The notes: a model not told the origin generated them from the sequence alone. DNA of 64,000 nucleotides from Lepidodermella squamata (GCA_047495785.1 JBLDXI010000026.1:310001-374000); one strand, 5' to 3'; numbered from the stretch's first letter, positions 13,026 to 25,902 are shown. Translations and numbers: made by a program.

Positions 13026-16000
13026 ATGGCTAACTGGGCTATGGTGTCGGGAATATCGCGGCGCCGCTCGCATAAAGCAAAGCAACAGCCGCACGCCCAC
13101 CCGGCCCAACTTAACGCTGATCAATCGGCTGCTCCCGCCCCATTCGACCAGCCAGCGCCGAGTGTGCGCGACGAATTAGCCAGAGTTTTTAAAGGTATCT
13201 ATTTTTTCATCCCAAATATCCTATTTATTTCAATATTTTTGATGACCCCATGTTTTCAGTAGTGCGCGCAGGAAGCTTCACCATTCGAGAAAAATGCCAA
13301 GCATGTAAATTGACAAACAAACTAACGTAAAAGCCCTATTCCCTTACATTTTTAACCCCGATTATTATATACGATAGTTCTCATTTTAGACATGCACCAA
13401 AAATAGAACCAGCCCTTAATAAATCATCGGATAATCGATGATATACGGTCTATAAAAAGCTCTTTCGTAGAACTGACCATAAGCATCCCCCGTAATTGCC
13501 CTGTTATCTTTGCTGTTCAGAAAAAGGGTACTGTTATACTCTCTTTAGGGGGTATATCGCGTTGTTTTTTTCCACCTTGCGCGCGGTATAGAACGATCAT
13601 TGCCTTCCGTTATAATGCCAAGCATAATAATATACCATCTGCATCGTTGAGTCACGCACTTTATTATTAGATCACGGAATATTTTTACCGCAAAATGTGT
13701 AAGTGATTTATTGATAAAATTAATTAACACGCAAAATGTTCGCGGCTGCGAGTCGACCGCGGCAAAGCCGTGCGCCGCAATCGTCACACTCGTCTGGCCT
13801 GGTCGCTTCATTCTTTTTTGGTGGAAACTCATCCGGTTCGCAACACCCAAGCGCAGCACTTCTCACATCTCCAGCCGCTAAAACATTAGCTAAAACTGCT
13901 CAAACCTCCGGCCAACACTCGTCTGCTCCAAGAAGGCGAAAACGCAGCCGTCGAAATGCAATCATCATGACCAGTGAAGATGAAGAAGTGGCGGAGGACA
14001 GTTTGGACGATGCTGAGCGGGCTGGAGAGAAGGCTCGACATCGACGCACCTCACAGCAGAAGGACGGTACATCACGAGAAAATCATCCCGGGATCATTCA
14101 AATTATCACCTTAATTATTTGAAAATCAGGTTTCGGTTTCCAACTTATAGATTTCATTCAGTCCCACTTGCTGGGTAATTGCAGCGCGAGGGCATTCTTC
14201 ACCTCTCAATTAGAAAGAATTTGATTGATTAGAAACGAGCTGTATCATCTAAATAGTAGCGCTATTCGCTTAATCTTCCCATTTCTTTCTTTTTTAATGT
14301 ATTGAGCACTAAAGCATGTTCCATGCCGCTTCTACTCCGTATAGGCCTGTGAAAAGACGGGGTGCTATCCGTCCTTCTAGATCTACCCCCGCTATTATGG
14401 CAAATTTCCAAGAAGGTTTTCGCTTCACTAACAACCTTTTGCACTATCTACAAATGTCTCCAAATAATTCCTGCATTTTCTTTCATTTTCAGTCTCTCGG
14501 CGAACCTCAAACACTGCTCAGCCGCTTTCCGCTGCTCAGCAATCGATTGCGAAGAGAAAATCTATAGTACCGCACCTTGTCAGGTCTTCATCAGGTCCTC
14601 AAGATGCTGGTTCGACAGCGGAGTTGGTGGACCTGCCTCGGAGTTGTGCCCTTCTCGCGCCGAGGAGAGTCACTAATTTATCGAAATATTCCCAGGCCTC
14701 TTTTTCACCGGCACCTCCCCCGCCACCGGTTTGGCCTATTCGAGCACCGGCCCGTGACACGTCACCGTCATCAAGCGACGTCGACGATAAAATACTACCG
14801 AAGACCCATCCTGTCACTGCGATTCTAGAGGAAGACGATGTAGACGACGAGCTAACCGAGTCTGATGAAAGTAATACCCTTCAAATAATCACCCGTGTTA
14901 ACTAACAAAAATTACTTACAAAATATACTAACAGCTCGAGCTAGATCCGAAAGGGTTGTTAAAGAAATCATGGATATGGCCAAGCCCCCTTTGCCGCAAC
15001 AGAGGTCTTTGGATGAAACAGTGACCTCGCAACGCAAAAGCAAGCGATGGTTCGGTAAAAAAGATAAGGATGCGGAGAAAAATATGACGAAGAGCCTATC
15101 TGCCCCGAACAAGCTTGCCATGATCGCAACGGCGTCGCTTATGATGATAAACGCTAGCATTGTCGGGATTAGTCGGAAACCAAAGCCACCTGTAAAGAAG
15201 ACCCATCCTGAAACAGACTCCGAGGGTACTTTGAATGCATTATTCCCACGCTTTTCCATGCATGCTTAGATGTATTTGTCAAAATTTGCGTTTTCAATTT
15301 CCTGAGATTCAGAATTGAAAGATATTTTTATTTCAGATGAAAAGCACGATTGCGGCAAGGAAGGGTGCGAAATCGTCCGGATCAATATTAGCGGAATGCC
15401 TTATGACATTCGATTAGCTGCCCTCAACAGTAGGCCTGATACTCTACTTGGAAATCCAATCAAAAGAATCGAATACTGGGACCCTGTTCGCCAGGAATTT
15501 TTCTTCGACCGATACAGACCAACATTTGAAGCAATTTTCGAGTACTATCAATACGGCGGGAAGTTGAAACGGCCGAAGCATGTCCCTGAAGATGTTTTCC
15601 TTGACGAGGTCAAATTTTTCGAAATCGAAAAATCATCAGTCGATGAATATCTGCGCGAAGAGGGTTACGTCGAGGAGAAATACGAATTACCCGAGGGTGA
15701 GCTGGCTAAGAAGATCTGGATTATGTTCGAGTACCCTGAAACTAGTCGGCTAGCCTTCGTAGTTGGTCTAATATCGATCGTCTTTACAGTTGTTTCAATC
15801 GTTTCATTCTGCCTAGAGACACTACCTCAATTCGCGGCGATCCACGTTTGTGTAGACCATAAACCTAATTTCGTCGAGCCTTTCTTCGTTATCGAAACGA
15901 TATGCACTGCCTGGTTTACGTTTGAATACTTGATGAGACTCAGTGTTTCGCCCAACAAATGGACCTTCCTGCGTAATTTCAAGAATATCGTCGATTGCGC

Positions 16001-16490
16001 AGCTGTTGTTCCTTATTACATCTCTCTTTTTACAACTTTGTACAAGATGGACTGTGAAACGTCGAAAGGAAGTGCCTCACTTGGGTTTCTAAGGGTCGTT
16101 CGCTTGGTTCGAGTCTTCAAATTGACAAAGCATTCAGCTGGTCTTCAAGTTCTCATGTTAACTTTCAAAGCATCTTTCGGCGGTCTTGGCTTATTTTTAG
16201 TCGCCCTGTTCGTCTGTATGCTGCTATTTTCTTCAACAATTTACTACGCCGAAGTTGGCCAACCAAATGCTACGATCGATTCTATTCCGGACGCGTTTTG
16301 GTGGAGTATAATTACGATGTGTACTGTCGGCTATGGTGATGAGTATCCAGTCTCAGTTTGGGGAAAAGTTGTTGGGTCGATCTGCGCAATTGCCGGCGTT
16401 CTGACACTAGCTATACCCGTTCCGATCATCACGGAGAACTTCAATAAATTCTATGCTCATAAATCGAAAGCTAAACCACCTACGAGTTGA
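13026..16490 (+). CDS. Shaker-type (Kv1-related) voltage-gated K+ channel with long low-complexity N-terminus
   Basis: T1 domain (INISG..PDTLLGNP..EFFFDRYRPTFEAI..YYQYGGKLKRP), S1-S6, TVGYGD filter and PVP motif in the exon from ~15338 to 16490. Upstream exons 14492-14870 and 14935-~15226 splice in phase. The 5'-most exons and the start (13026 or 13736) are uncertain. Confidence 0.9.
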
Positions 16491-16640
16491 AACAAATTGG
16501 TTGCTACTATAGACTGAAAAATCTTCATCGTTGTAGAAATTAATTGTCTTTATTTTCAGAGCAGCTTTCACGGCGTAATTTAATAAAATAATGCTGATAC
16601 ATGAACTATTTTTGAAAATGAAGTTGTTTATATGGGTTGG

Positions 16641-17046
16641 CTACTTGGCTTGTCCAGTCATGATTTTTCGAGCTACAACTTGAGCCCAAAGATAGAAGCT
16701 GACCTTGTTCTCACACATTTCGATTGACTTCAACACAGATAAGCACCGCATAAGCCGTTTTCGATAGTCGTGTTGCCCGACCCATTTCAGAAGTTCAAGC
16801 AGATCATTGGAACTGCTTTTTGCTATGTAGGTCTCGACCCTGTTTATTAGCAGGCGTTGAAGCATGTCTGGAAGATGGAAATACGACTATTAAGGGTTGG
16901 AGAATGTTATAAATCAAAATGTTACCTGATTTGGATAGTTTCGAAGCGGTAAGCTTAAGGAGATCATTCTTTCGAACAGCCTTGGAAGAATCACATGAAT
17001 GTAATCCGTAGATAATAACAATTAGAACCGCAATAAAAATTGCCAT
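16641..17046 (-). CDS. Small secreted basic protein, paralog of 21435-21845
   Basis: Signal peptide, phase-1 intron 16925-16868 after ...KS, C-terminus YRKRLMRCLSVLKSIEMCENKVSFYLWAQVVARKIM. Confidence 0.75.
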
Positions 17047-17759
17047 TTTCGTCGCTACTGAGCTTTGCCAGGTTTATATAAATGGTGATAGCTTTCAATG
17101 TCTCACTCCTTAATGAACGGCGACCTTTTTTCTTGGGTGATATACGTGTCGTGGACAACTGGAATCGCATTACCTAATTAATTTACGGCGAATTGACGCT
17201 CGTGATAGAATAAAAAATGCGCAGATTGATGATGACGCGTCGCATTTATTTAGCCATTGAATCATTGAAGTGTGTACAATATGTACAAACCGCTGTGGTC
17301 ATTCAAAATCAATGAACAATCATTTTCAGAGTGACTAATTTAATATGAAAAAACCAACAAACGTCAAGGTAATTTAAACATATCGCATAATAAGCAGGAC
17401 GAAACAACAGTCATATTCTAAATAATTGAGGCTAAAAAATTAAAAAATCGGGCAGACATGTCGGCCAATCAAAGCCAAAACTATTTTGAATATTTAGGAT
17501 GGATTTTAGTTCTTGTTATTTCTACAGCAGAATACAGAGCTTGAACTGAAATTGGCTGAACTCAAAGATTTTCGAGGGGTTCCTTGCGGCTGAAACTAAT
17601 TGAAATGGTTAAATATGGTTGAATTTGAATCTTTCTTTAATTTGATGATTATGATAGATGAAAAGGGTAATTATACCATCTGAATTACACGTTCTAGAGA
17701 GTCGTGTTTCACCCAGAATGTTCCATCGGGCTTCCTTTCCAGATTTCGGGCTACACTGT

Positions 17760-18797
17760 TTAATATATAGACCTATTGAGCATGAAGACAATTCTTGAAA
17801 ACTCAGGCACCAAGTAAAATCCGTCACTGCTTGCTTGCAAACTTGATGAAAGAAGACCATGATGTGCAGCGAAATATCCCACTCCAGCAGCTTGCCACTC
17901 GACCCGAGTGATATGGCCGCGAAAGTCTGCTACGTCAGATCCTTCCTCAACATTGAACACCCTAGTTATCCAACCACTTATAATACCATCACTTCCACAT
18001 CCTCCACTACCAAAACTGAACATTTCGGCCCAGAACTTGGCATTCATCTCCTTTGCCAGGACATCAGTCAGCATTTGACTTGCAAGAGCAGCAACTTCGC
18101 CTAGGTAATCCACCATTCTTTGGGATGAAGCGAGTAGCAACTGCCATTTCAAGGTAGCCTCGATTATTGAAATCCAGTCCTGCGCTTCTCCCTCCAGTCT
18201 CACCCTTGGTATCCCGCATTTCATAGTGCTGTATTGATAGTAAGGCGAAACAGCCTCCGCAAACGCTGCGTATCTTGCCTCCTCGGAAATGCCAGTATCA
18301 GTCGAGAATCTGGGCAGTAAACCAACGATATTCGACGGCATCTTCGTCCTCAAAAGTGTGATCACAGAGCTAAGATTTATAGCTCTTTCAGGATCTTGGA
18401 AAACAATGACCGTTTGCAATCGGCTTGAATTTGTGAACAAATCCCGATTCTGCTCTACATTACGCTGAACGTGCTGGGAAATCACGTTCAACACTGTAAA
18501 GTAGAACATGTCAGGTCGCATAACAGCTCCAATATGGTCAGCCCAACATTTGACAAGATACATAGCCAGATTTTGATGGTAGTAATCGGCGACGTTTGGC
18601 AGGGTTGTTGTGACATGGGGTTGATAGGTCGTCCCATCACTTTCACCTGTGTTGAGAGATGACACTGCCCTTAGCAATTCTCGCCTCATGAAGTCTCGAT
18701 CTTCGCCGAACGGATTCAGAGTTAAGTTGCCTTTCAAGTTCAAACTCAAAGATTGAACACAAGGAAGAAGAAATAATATTAACATAGTCATTTTCAT
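17760..18797 (-). CDS. DUF4419-domain protein, intronless, with signal peptide
   Basis: Motifs H..AVMRPDMFYFTVL..ISQHV..N.E..RDLF, PRFST, YYQY...CGIPRVRLEGEAQDW and ISGWI, which are typical of DUF4419. Confidence 0.8.
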   Translation of the reverse strand: MKMTMLILFLLPCVQSLSLNLKGNLTLNPFGEDRDFMRRELLRAVSSLNTGESDGTTYQPHVTTTLPNVADYYHQNLAMYLVKCWADHIGAVMRPDMFYFTVLNVISQHVQRNVEQNRDLFTNSSRLQTVIVFQDPERAINLSSVITLLRTKMPSNIVGLLPRFSTDTGISEEARYAAFAEAVSPYYQYSTMKCGIPRVRLEGEAQDWISIIEATLKWQLLLASSQRMVDYLGEVAALASQMLTDVLAKEMNAKFWAEMFSFGSGGCGSDGIISGWITRVFNVEEGSDVADFRGHITRVEWQAAGVGYFAAHHGLLSSSLQASSDGFYLVPEFSRIVFMLNRSIY

Positions 18798-18894
18798 TAT
18801 TTTAATCTGTACGAAACGAAGATATAGTTTAACATTTTATACGTGAAATTATCACAATTAGTCAAGTTAGTTAATGATTAATGATAGAGCTAAA

Positions 18895-20193
18895 CTAAAC
18901 ATTACTCAAAAGCAATTGTGTTGCGAGATATTTTGAGTATTCTTGTCCCCTGCAGAATGTAGACAGCTCGTTGAATTTCTCTCGAAATACAGCCACGTTA
19001 AACTTGGGAAACATAGTCTTCACTAAGTTCGACATTTTAAACGGGTGAAATGCAATGGTTTTGTTGAAATTAATCATCTCATTCACAGGCATATCAAGTG
19101 GCAGTCCATTCACAAAATTGTTAGAACCATCAATGATTCCAACTGTTGATAAATTAAGGCATAGGAATGTGTTAGGAACTGCGATCTCTTGAAACACTAA
19201 ATGCTTAGCGAACACTTTGAACATTGCTGTTACTAGAGGAAAGTCTTGCTTTGAAATGTAGAAGAGTTCGGTTTGGCCGCCGCCAAGAAGCCTCCCTTTA
19301 GCTCCAGTGTATCTGACTAGATCAGCCAAGCAATCAGCCAGAATTTTCGATTCCTTATCAGATACTGACTTGCTTTCCTCCAAATCCTTAAGAGCAGCTA
19401 GAGATTGTTCTTTGTAGAATTGTGGCCACAGCCATTCGACTTCTTCACTCGAGCATGAAGTTTCGTTCCAGTCACATCTCTTCATAGTCCGAATGTCATA
19501 AACCATCCGCCTCTTCAGGGGTAAGGAATAACTCCTATCCAGATCGAACTCAGGCTTGAAGATGAAGTCCCAGTAACTGAATAGAACATCGTCGTGGGCG
19601 AAGAAAACTCCAGAGACTGATTTCAACTCTGTCCTCTCCAAAACTTGGCTTACACATGAGTAAATCGTCTCTCCGACATCTCTGTAGTAAAAGCTGTAAC
19701 TCACAAATCGATCGGTGAAGAATTTGATGAAATCTTCAGAGGCATCCATGTAAAACCGCCTGAGTTGGACGTGCATGGTTGTCGACTTTCTCGCAGGTCC
19801 ACAAAAGTAGATTTCAGCGAAGACGCGACCATAAATTGCGTTGACCAGCGGCGACACTAGGTACTGTCTTTGCTTATTGAAACCAACGACAAGAATGGTT
19901 GAATTTTTCAATTGCTTCAGTCGATTCAATGCATCGCTGGTTAGTTCACTGTCGTAGGGAAGTTTCAAATGGTCTGAGATCCCTAGAGGATTTCTCGGCC
20001 CTCGACTTTGGTCGAACCAGCATAGCTTTTTCGAGGTTATATAGTCTGATTCTGACCAGAAGTCGTCGAATTTGTTAACTACGGCTGTGCCGAAATTCGG
20101 TAAATTGAAACTTAGGCGGTAATTAACAATGAAGGATAGCAAGAACAAGAAGCTAGCTGTTGGCAATAGCCAGAGTGTTGTATGAGTCTGCAT
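18895..20193 (-). CDS. STELLO/DUF288-like putative glycosyltransferase, type II membrane protein, intronless
   Basis: N-terminal signal anchor; ILVVGFN..Y...F..IYFCGP, GVFFAHDDVLFSYW, ELFYI, VFQEIAVPN and FHPFK resemble the STELLO C-terminal region. Confidence 0.7.
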   Translation of the reverse strand: MQTHTTLWLLPTASFLFLLSFIVNYRLSFNLPNFGTAVVNKFDDFWSESDYITSKKLCWFDQSRGPRNPLGISDHLKLPYDSELTSDALNRLKQLKNSTILVVGFNKQRQYLVSPLVNAIYGRVFAEIYFCGPARKSTTMHVQLRRFYMDASEDFIKFFTDRFVSYSFYYRDVGETIYSCVSQVLERTELKSVSGVFFAHDDVLFSYWDFIFKPEFDLDRSYSLPLKRRMVYDIRTMKRCDWNETSCSSEEVEWLWPQFYKEQSLAALKDLEESKSVSDKESKILADCLADLVRYTGAKGRLLGGGQTELFYISKQDFPLVTAMFKVFAKHLVFQEIAVPNTFLCLNLSTVGIIDGSNNFVNGLPLDMPVNEMINFNKTIAFHPFKMSNLVKTMFPKFNVAVFREKFNELSTFCRGQEYSKYLATQLLLSNV

Positions 20194-20433
20194 TCATTGT
20201 TGTAAAAAGCAAACGCAACAATGGCTCTCTATTGATAGCAGTGTGAGTCATATAGCTACCACTGCACCCGAGTAAGGAGAATGCACGCACCAAAGCGGCT
20301 TAATTTTACACAAAATAAAACTGTTCCTGCAGCCTTTTGGCTGTTGACATCCTGGAGATGAAGTGGGAAAGGCGCCTAGAAGCCTTTCTAAAATAAATAA
20401 AAGTCTGGCCTCGCACTAGGGATTGGAATCAGC

Positions 20434-20626
20434 GGCAGACCATCGCAACAGCAAATAGCCAAAACAGCAAACGCGACAAAACAGCAACTTTTTCAATTTG
20501 CGACATAACAGCAGAAACACGATGCATCTTTTGCATACTAAGTTTTCGCTGTTTTGTCGCAAAAATAAAATTTGCTGTTTTCGCCGTATTCGCTGTTCTG
20601 CGCAGTTGCTGTTTTGTCGCCGTAAC
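20434..20626 (-). mobile_element. ~190-bp MITE family A, copy 1
   Basis: Ends GGCAGACC...GCCGTAAC with internal GCGACAAAACAGC subrepeats. Flanks GAATCAGC and AAATCCGC match 6/8, consistent with a decayed 8-bp TSD. Confidence 0.7.
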
Positions 20627-20837
20627 AAATCCGCACGATTGAAATTCAAGACATTTTTTTCCAAAGATTTTTCGAAGGAGACACCTCATAATAATGTAAT
20701 GTATCATTTCAACCGCATTTTCAACAACTGCAACCACTATCTTACCCGATGAAGCTCATCATAGTGAAAATGTTAGTCTATCCCCAAGATCATCGCTCGG
20801 GTCACATGACTAATTACCGCGTGTCAATAATTGATAA

Positions 20838-21037
20838 GGTACGGCGACAAAGCAGAAACTTCGCGAAACATCGAATGCGACAAAACAGCAAATTTTTTAT
20901 TTCGCGACAAAACAGCGAAAACTTACTATGCAGAAGATGCATAGTGTTTCTGCTGTTGTGTCGCAAGTTGAAAAAGTTGCTGTTATGTCGAGTTTGCTGT
21001 TTGCTGTATTGGGTATTTGCTGTTATGACCGTCTGCC
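20838..21037 (+). mobile_element. ~190-bp MITE family A, copy 2 (inverted relative to copy 1)
   Basis: Approximate reverse complement of 20434-20626 (GGTACGGCGACAAAG...GACCGTCTGCC). Confidence 0.7.
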
Positions 21038-21434
21038 ATTACGAATTTTTTTTCAAAATTCAAACCTGGCAACAGCAGTTGTATTTTATTATCCCGGATG
21101 ATTTTGCAGTTATTGGTCATATAACCAGAATTTTCCTGTCATTCAAGTGATTTGACCTGGAGTATATTGACCTGAGCAAGGCCAGCTTGGGGATGCGATC
21201 AAATGCTTGACAGTGTCACAACGCTAACTGACATGATTGACACAGATTTGTCGGTCAACTATTAGGCTTGACCGCATAATTATTATCAGTGACATGTGAC
21301 ATGCTCGAAATGAAAATTAAACATAAAAATTGCTGTAATATCCCCAAATGCGACATTAGTGAATCCTAATAGTGTTGACCAACAAAATATTCCGACATAA
21401 GGAAAAAGTATAACATATTTAAAATTGCAACACC

Positions 21435-21845
21435 ATGGCTCGAGGAATTTTCCTGACTTTAGTTCTTATTTCCCATATTTTAGCAGCTTTATCGGCTAAA
21501 CCGATGCCAAGCAAAACGTCAAAGGAAGCTCTGAAAAATGCAAAGTTCAACTCTACGGCTGCTAGGAAACTCATCGTGAAATCAGGTACAAAAATTGAAT
21601 TTTTACTGATTTTTAACAAAATAATTTCGCGACTTTTTTCAGCTGCTTACAGTCACATTGAAAGATTCATCAATAATGCTGAAATTTCGGATTTGCTGTT
21701 CTCGTTCAGGCCTATCGTTCAACGGAGCTACGCAAAGCGTCTTGCAAAGTGCTTCTCGTCGTTGAAATCGATGGAAATTTGCAAGAATAAGGTTGGATTC
21801 TACTTTTGGGCGCAAATTTTGGCGCGGAGAATTATGGCTGAATAA
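21435..21845 (+). CDS. Small secreted basic protein, paralog of 16641-17046
   Basis: Signal peptide, phase-1 intron 21586-21642 after ...KS (same position as in the paralog), C-terminus YAKRLAKCFSSLKSMEICKNKVGFYFWAQILARRIM. Confidence 0.78.
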   Translation: MARGIFLTLVLISHILAALSAKPMPSKTSKEALKNAKFNSTAARKLIVKSGTKIEFLLIFNKIISRLFSAAYSHIERFINNAEISDLLFSFRPIVQRSYAKRLAKCFSSLKSMEICKNKVGFYFWAQILARRIMAE

Positions 21846-22086
21846 TTACGATATTATCTGATTCACGCTAGCCAATTTTTATATCAAAAATGCCTTGTTG
21901 TATTTTTTTAGTGAACAAAAAATAAATATTCGCGTTTTTACACCGGAGTTTGATAAGCTTCGTAATTGATTCTGTTAGCGATAAGATAAGCGGACAGGTA
22001 AGTTCCCATGAATTATTGCAAAGCGTGTAAATTACCACGCGCGACTCGGATCCTTTTCTTTGCAATCAAGGTCGAGGATTTCAGCC

Positions 22087-23616
22087 ATGGAATTATTTTT
22101 CATTTTCTCCTTTTTATTTTTTCTGGCGCCTGGGGTGACGGAGGATACCCACGGCGATATCGGTACTCGAGCTAACAATTAAATAATATTGTCTTCAATT
22201 TTATTGAAAATATTCAATGCAGATGTAACAGGTACATTTTCGGCATCGCAAGTCGTCATAGACGGGCCTAAAAATGTCACCTGGACTACTGAACTTGAGA
22301 AACCAGAATCCGAAGAGTACAAGGCTGTAGTGTCAGTTCTAGAAACGGAGGTAATCGAACCAATTTAAAAATCAAGCCGCATACATTTGCTACGGTTTAT
22401 TATTAGATACAAAAGATTTATCAACTTGCCGAACTATCAGTGGAGAAAATAATTATTGAGTCACTCAGGTTTGTCTTACAAATTTGCGGAGTGATCCGCT
22501 ATTTTAGATGTCCATTTTTAGCGAGGCGTTTAAGATTGAACCGGCCATTCTAAGGTCGACGGAGACCAATGGGATAAAAGCGAAGTACAGCACCGTTGTA
22601 ACGGAATATTCGGACTCACTGCAAGTCGGGGACCCGCTCGAACTCGCGAAAGAACTAGAAACATTGCTCATTACTGCCATTGGTCAATACGAAGTTGAGG
22701 ATGATCTCGAGAAACATTTCGGAGCCGGCACTGAAATCTTGAACAGCATTGAGACGGCCGTATTAACAGGTGAAAAATTAGATAGCGCGGTTTAAAAACA
22801 TTATTATTTATCCAAGCAATATGCGCCGTGCAATTGAGACCGAAAAATTTCATCTTGAAACGATAGATCGCGCTATAATTTTTGCCCCAAATTGCAATGT
22901 ATTAATCGTGAAATTTGAGGTTGGAAACTGAAACTATTGCCTTGAATAGAATACTTTACATCTTTTTGATAATCTGACCATTCTACTACAGCATCCCAGG
23001 CGGAGATCACCACTGCATCAATACCAGAAACCAGCACCGAAGCTTCAACCGATGAGATGTCAACAACGGAAGATATGACTACCACAGAGGAAGCTACAAC
23101 AGAAAACTTGACCACAGATAGTTCAGAGACTACGCTTGTGACTGAACCGGATTCTAGCGGTGACGATTCGACGACAGCAAGCGGCTCGCTGACAGAAGAG
23201 CCCTCGAGCCCCGAACCTGAGGTGGAAGCTACTACCACAGCTGAGCCTCCAATTGAGGAGCCAACAACTCCTGCTATAGAAGCAACCTCAGCCACAACTG
23301 AACAGGCTGAAGATATCACATCCGATGCTCCAGTGACAACCGAAAAAAGCGAAGTAATATCTATCACTACAGTGAAACTCGCTGAATCGCAAGTTGGCTC
23401 GAGTGACGATGGTGCCGTGGTTGCTGCGGCCATTTTAGGCGCCCTACTGGCACTGGCTCTCATCGCTATCGGCGTGCTCGGGTTAGTTTCGATTGCAAAT
23501 TATTGTTCGCAAAATGAGGAGTTTTTTCGATTATCAGGTATATGGTTTATCAGTCGAATCATCACAACCACGGTTACGACGATACTATGCAAATGACATC
23601 GGATTTTTCTCCTTAA
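22087..23616 (+). CDS. Transmembrane mucin-like protein with SEA-like domain
   Basis: Signal MELFFIFSFLFFSGAWG; SEA-like WTTELEKPESEEYKAVVSSLETE; Thr/Glu/Ser/Pro-rich stalk; TM VVAAAILGALLALALIAIGVLG|IWFY; short tail ending TSDFSP*. Confidence 0.75.
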
Positions 23617-24632
23617 ATTTATGGCCAAAGTCGAGTTAACTCTCAACTAAGATGAATCAATAAAAGATGCATTTTGGTGATAACATATAAAATTATATTG
23701 GATTGAGTGCCGAATTTCCAAGAAAACGTTGAAAGTTTGAATTACAAATTAGAATGCTCCGAACCTTAGCAGGAACCTTAACGATAAGCCGATACGCTTA
23801 TTTTCTTGCCGAAGGAATTCCCCCAGATTTCGGAATTTTCAGCTCGGAAATAAGTTTAGGAAATCCTGACTTGGATCAACTGAAAGCTGAAATGGATGAT
23901 CTTCCTACTGAGCATCGTAATGTACCTTACCTACCCGAGGTCACACCTGAGCGATACTGAATTTTACTAGGGAAACCCGGAAAAACCCGATTTATAAAAA
24001 TAATCGGTATTTTCGGTATTCAACCCGATTTTGCTGAATTTTGCTGAATTTTCCATTTAACTTTAAATGGTCTTTATCAATTATCATTCCGTTCTTGGTT
24101 TTCAAAAAATGTTCTTAAAGAAAATCCCTTCTCGTTACATGGCTGGGGTGACTATTTTTTCTCAAGTTGTCTGATGAATCATCGAAATTACCCCGTATTT
24201 TGTATCACAGGAGTTAATGGTACCATTTCATTTTCAGCGTCCAAAATTAGGGCTCCATCTTGAACCTCAAGGTTTCTGCTTACCTGTGTGAAAAATGGAA
24301 GGCCGGTTAGCAGTGCCCCAGTTTCGGACAAATTTCATTTTAAATTATCACAGGTAATCAATCGCCTCAATCTAGAATTCCAACTGAATCAGCTTCGTTA
24401 CCAAAATAACGGAAATTAAAAAATGATGAAACTCGGTGATAATTCCGGTCTAAATTTAGAATCAATACTGCGACATAATAACATCACGCCAATATTTTTC
24501 AATTATATTTCCAAGGCATAATTTCGCTAACAAAATGAAATGAGTCGTTTATTCAGGCCTAATAGGGTATTTAATAGTTGTAGCACAAAATTATATAGAA
24601 AAAATGATGAAAATTAATGTCTTCAGTAAATT

Positions 24633-25800
24633 TTAGAGTTCGATATGCGTTCGGGTCGATACCGAAGGCATCATGGCCGCAATTCGTTCCAACTCATCGG
24701 TCGCCTTCGCCTCAACAGCATCCATCGCATCGGCCACGTTTTGCTTCACATTTTCCACGCCATCGTTATAACGCGAGTACTGCTTCTTCAAAAACTGCTC
24801 AATCCTCGGCTTCGACCCGGCATAGTACGACTTGAACGCTGTTTTCACGTCATCCCAAGACGCGGACGGCTTGTTAACAAACTGCTCCTTCATCCAGTCT
24901 TGCATCCATTTCGCGTAGAATTCAACAAATTCAGCCGCATCTTCCGCCTTATCGCTAAAGTAAGATTTCGAGGTTTCTTGAAGAACTTGGCGCCATTTTT
25001 CGTCGATTTTATCGAGATCGACCGACGTCAACAGAGCTTCGTACTTGTTGCGGTCAAGTTCATGCGCCTTGTCCAGTTTCGCCTCGAGGCGCTGGATGGC
25101 TCGATTTCGCACGGCCTCCATCGCTTCGTCCAAATTTTCGAATCGCTCGTGGTACCTGGCGTATTGCTGCCTGAGAAATTGTTCAATTTTCGGCTTCGAT
25201 TCTTCGTAGTAAGCGTTAAATGACTCGCGCCAGTTGCGCCACGATTCGCGTGGCTTTTCAATGACGTTCAGTTGCAGCCAGTCGCGGAGCCAGTTTGAGT
25301 AGAAATCAACGACTTGGGTCGAGTCTTCACCTTTTTTAGTGAAATAAGCATCGGAGGCGGCCAGGATATCGTCACGCCATTGTTTGTCAATCTGCGACAT
25401 TTCAACCTGGGTCAACAGGGCTTCATGGACCTCTGAAAAATATTAAAAAATTAGCAAGTGTGAATTTTTTGCAAAACAATTGAAATGACCTAATTAGACA
25501 CAATATCAAGGATTTTTTCATTTTTCAGGAATTTGTAGGCAATTTGAGAATTATTTGAAATTTAACTTCAAATTTTGATGGGAGGATTCGAATTTTTCGA
25601 ATTTAGCTGCAAAAAATGACATTTTTTTCATATTTTGTCCACCCTGCAAGTTTTTCTCAGTGTAATTTCACCTATGGTTTTTTCTTAAATTAGAGACAAA
25701 AATCTCAAAACGCCGATATAGACTCACTTTCATCACTACTACCGAATAGAGATGCTCTCGCGCTCAAAATGCAAATTTCGACAAGAAGAAATAACTGCAT
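24633..25800 (-). CDS. Secretory-pathway helical protein with two ~115-aa repeats and C-terminal HIEL
   Basis: Exon 1 (25800-25728) encodes MQLFLLVEICILSARA; the intron ends at 25433. Two repeats of LLT...IDxxW...YF...ED...V(D/E)FYxxWxxDW...W...FxxYY..SKPxIEQFLxxQYxRY. Ends THIEL*. Confidence 0.8.
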
Positions 25801-25902
25801 TTTCGACAGAAATTCATATGTAAAAAAATCTCAAGAGAAATTTCGAAATCGAAAAACGCGGAAATAATAATGGCAATTCTAGGATTCAACTTTCATAAAA
25901 TG

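Noticed and set aside
20434-21037. CRISPR-like repeat array, or one 600-bp element
   Set aside because: The context is eukaryotic, the subrepeats are irregular with no unique spacers, and a solo third copy shows each arm is its own unit.
20416-21150. Similar ORFs on both strands (RQNSENL.C.RCIVFLLLCRKLKK)
   Set aside because: Translations of inverted MITE copies, not genes.
22873-23463. 196-aa Ser/Val-rich ORF on the - strand
   Set aside because: Antisense shadow of the Thr/Glu-rich mucin stalk.
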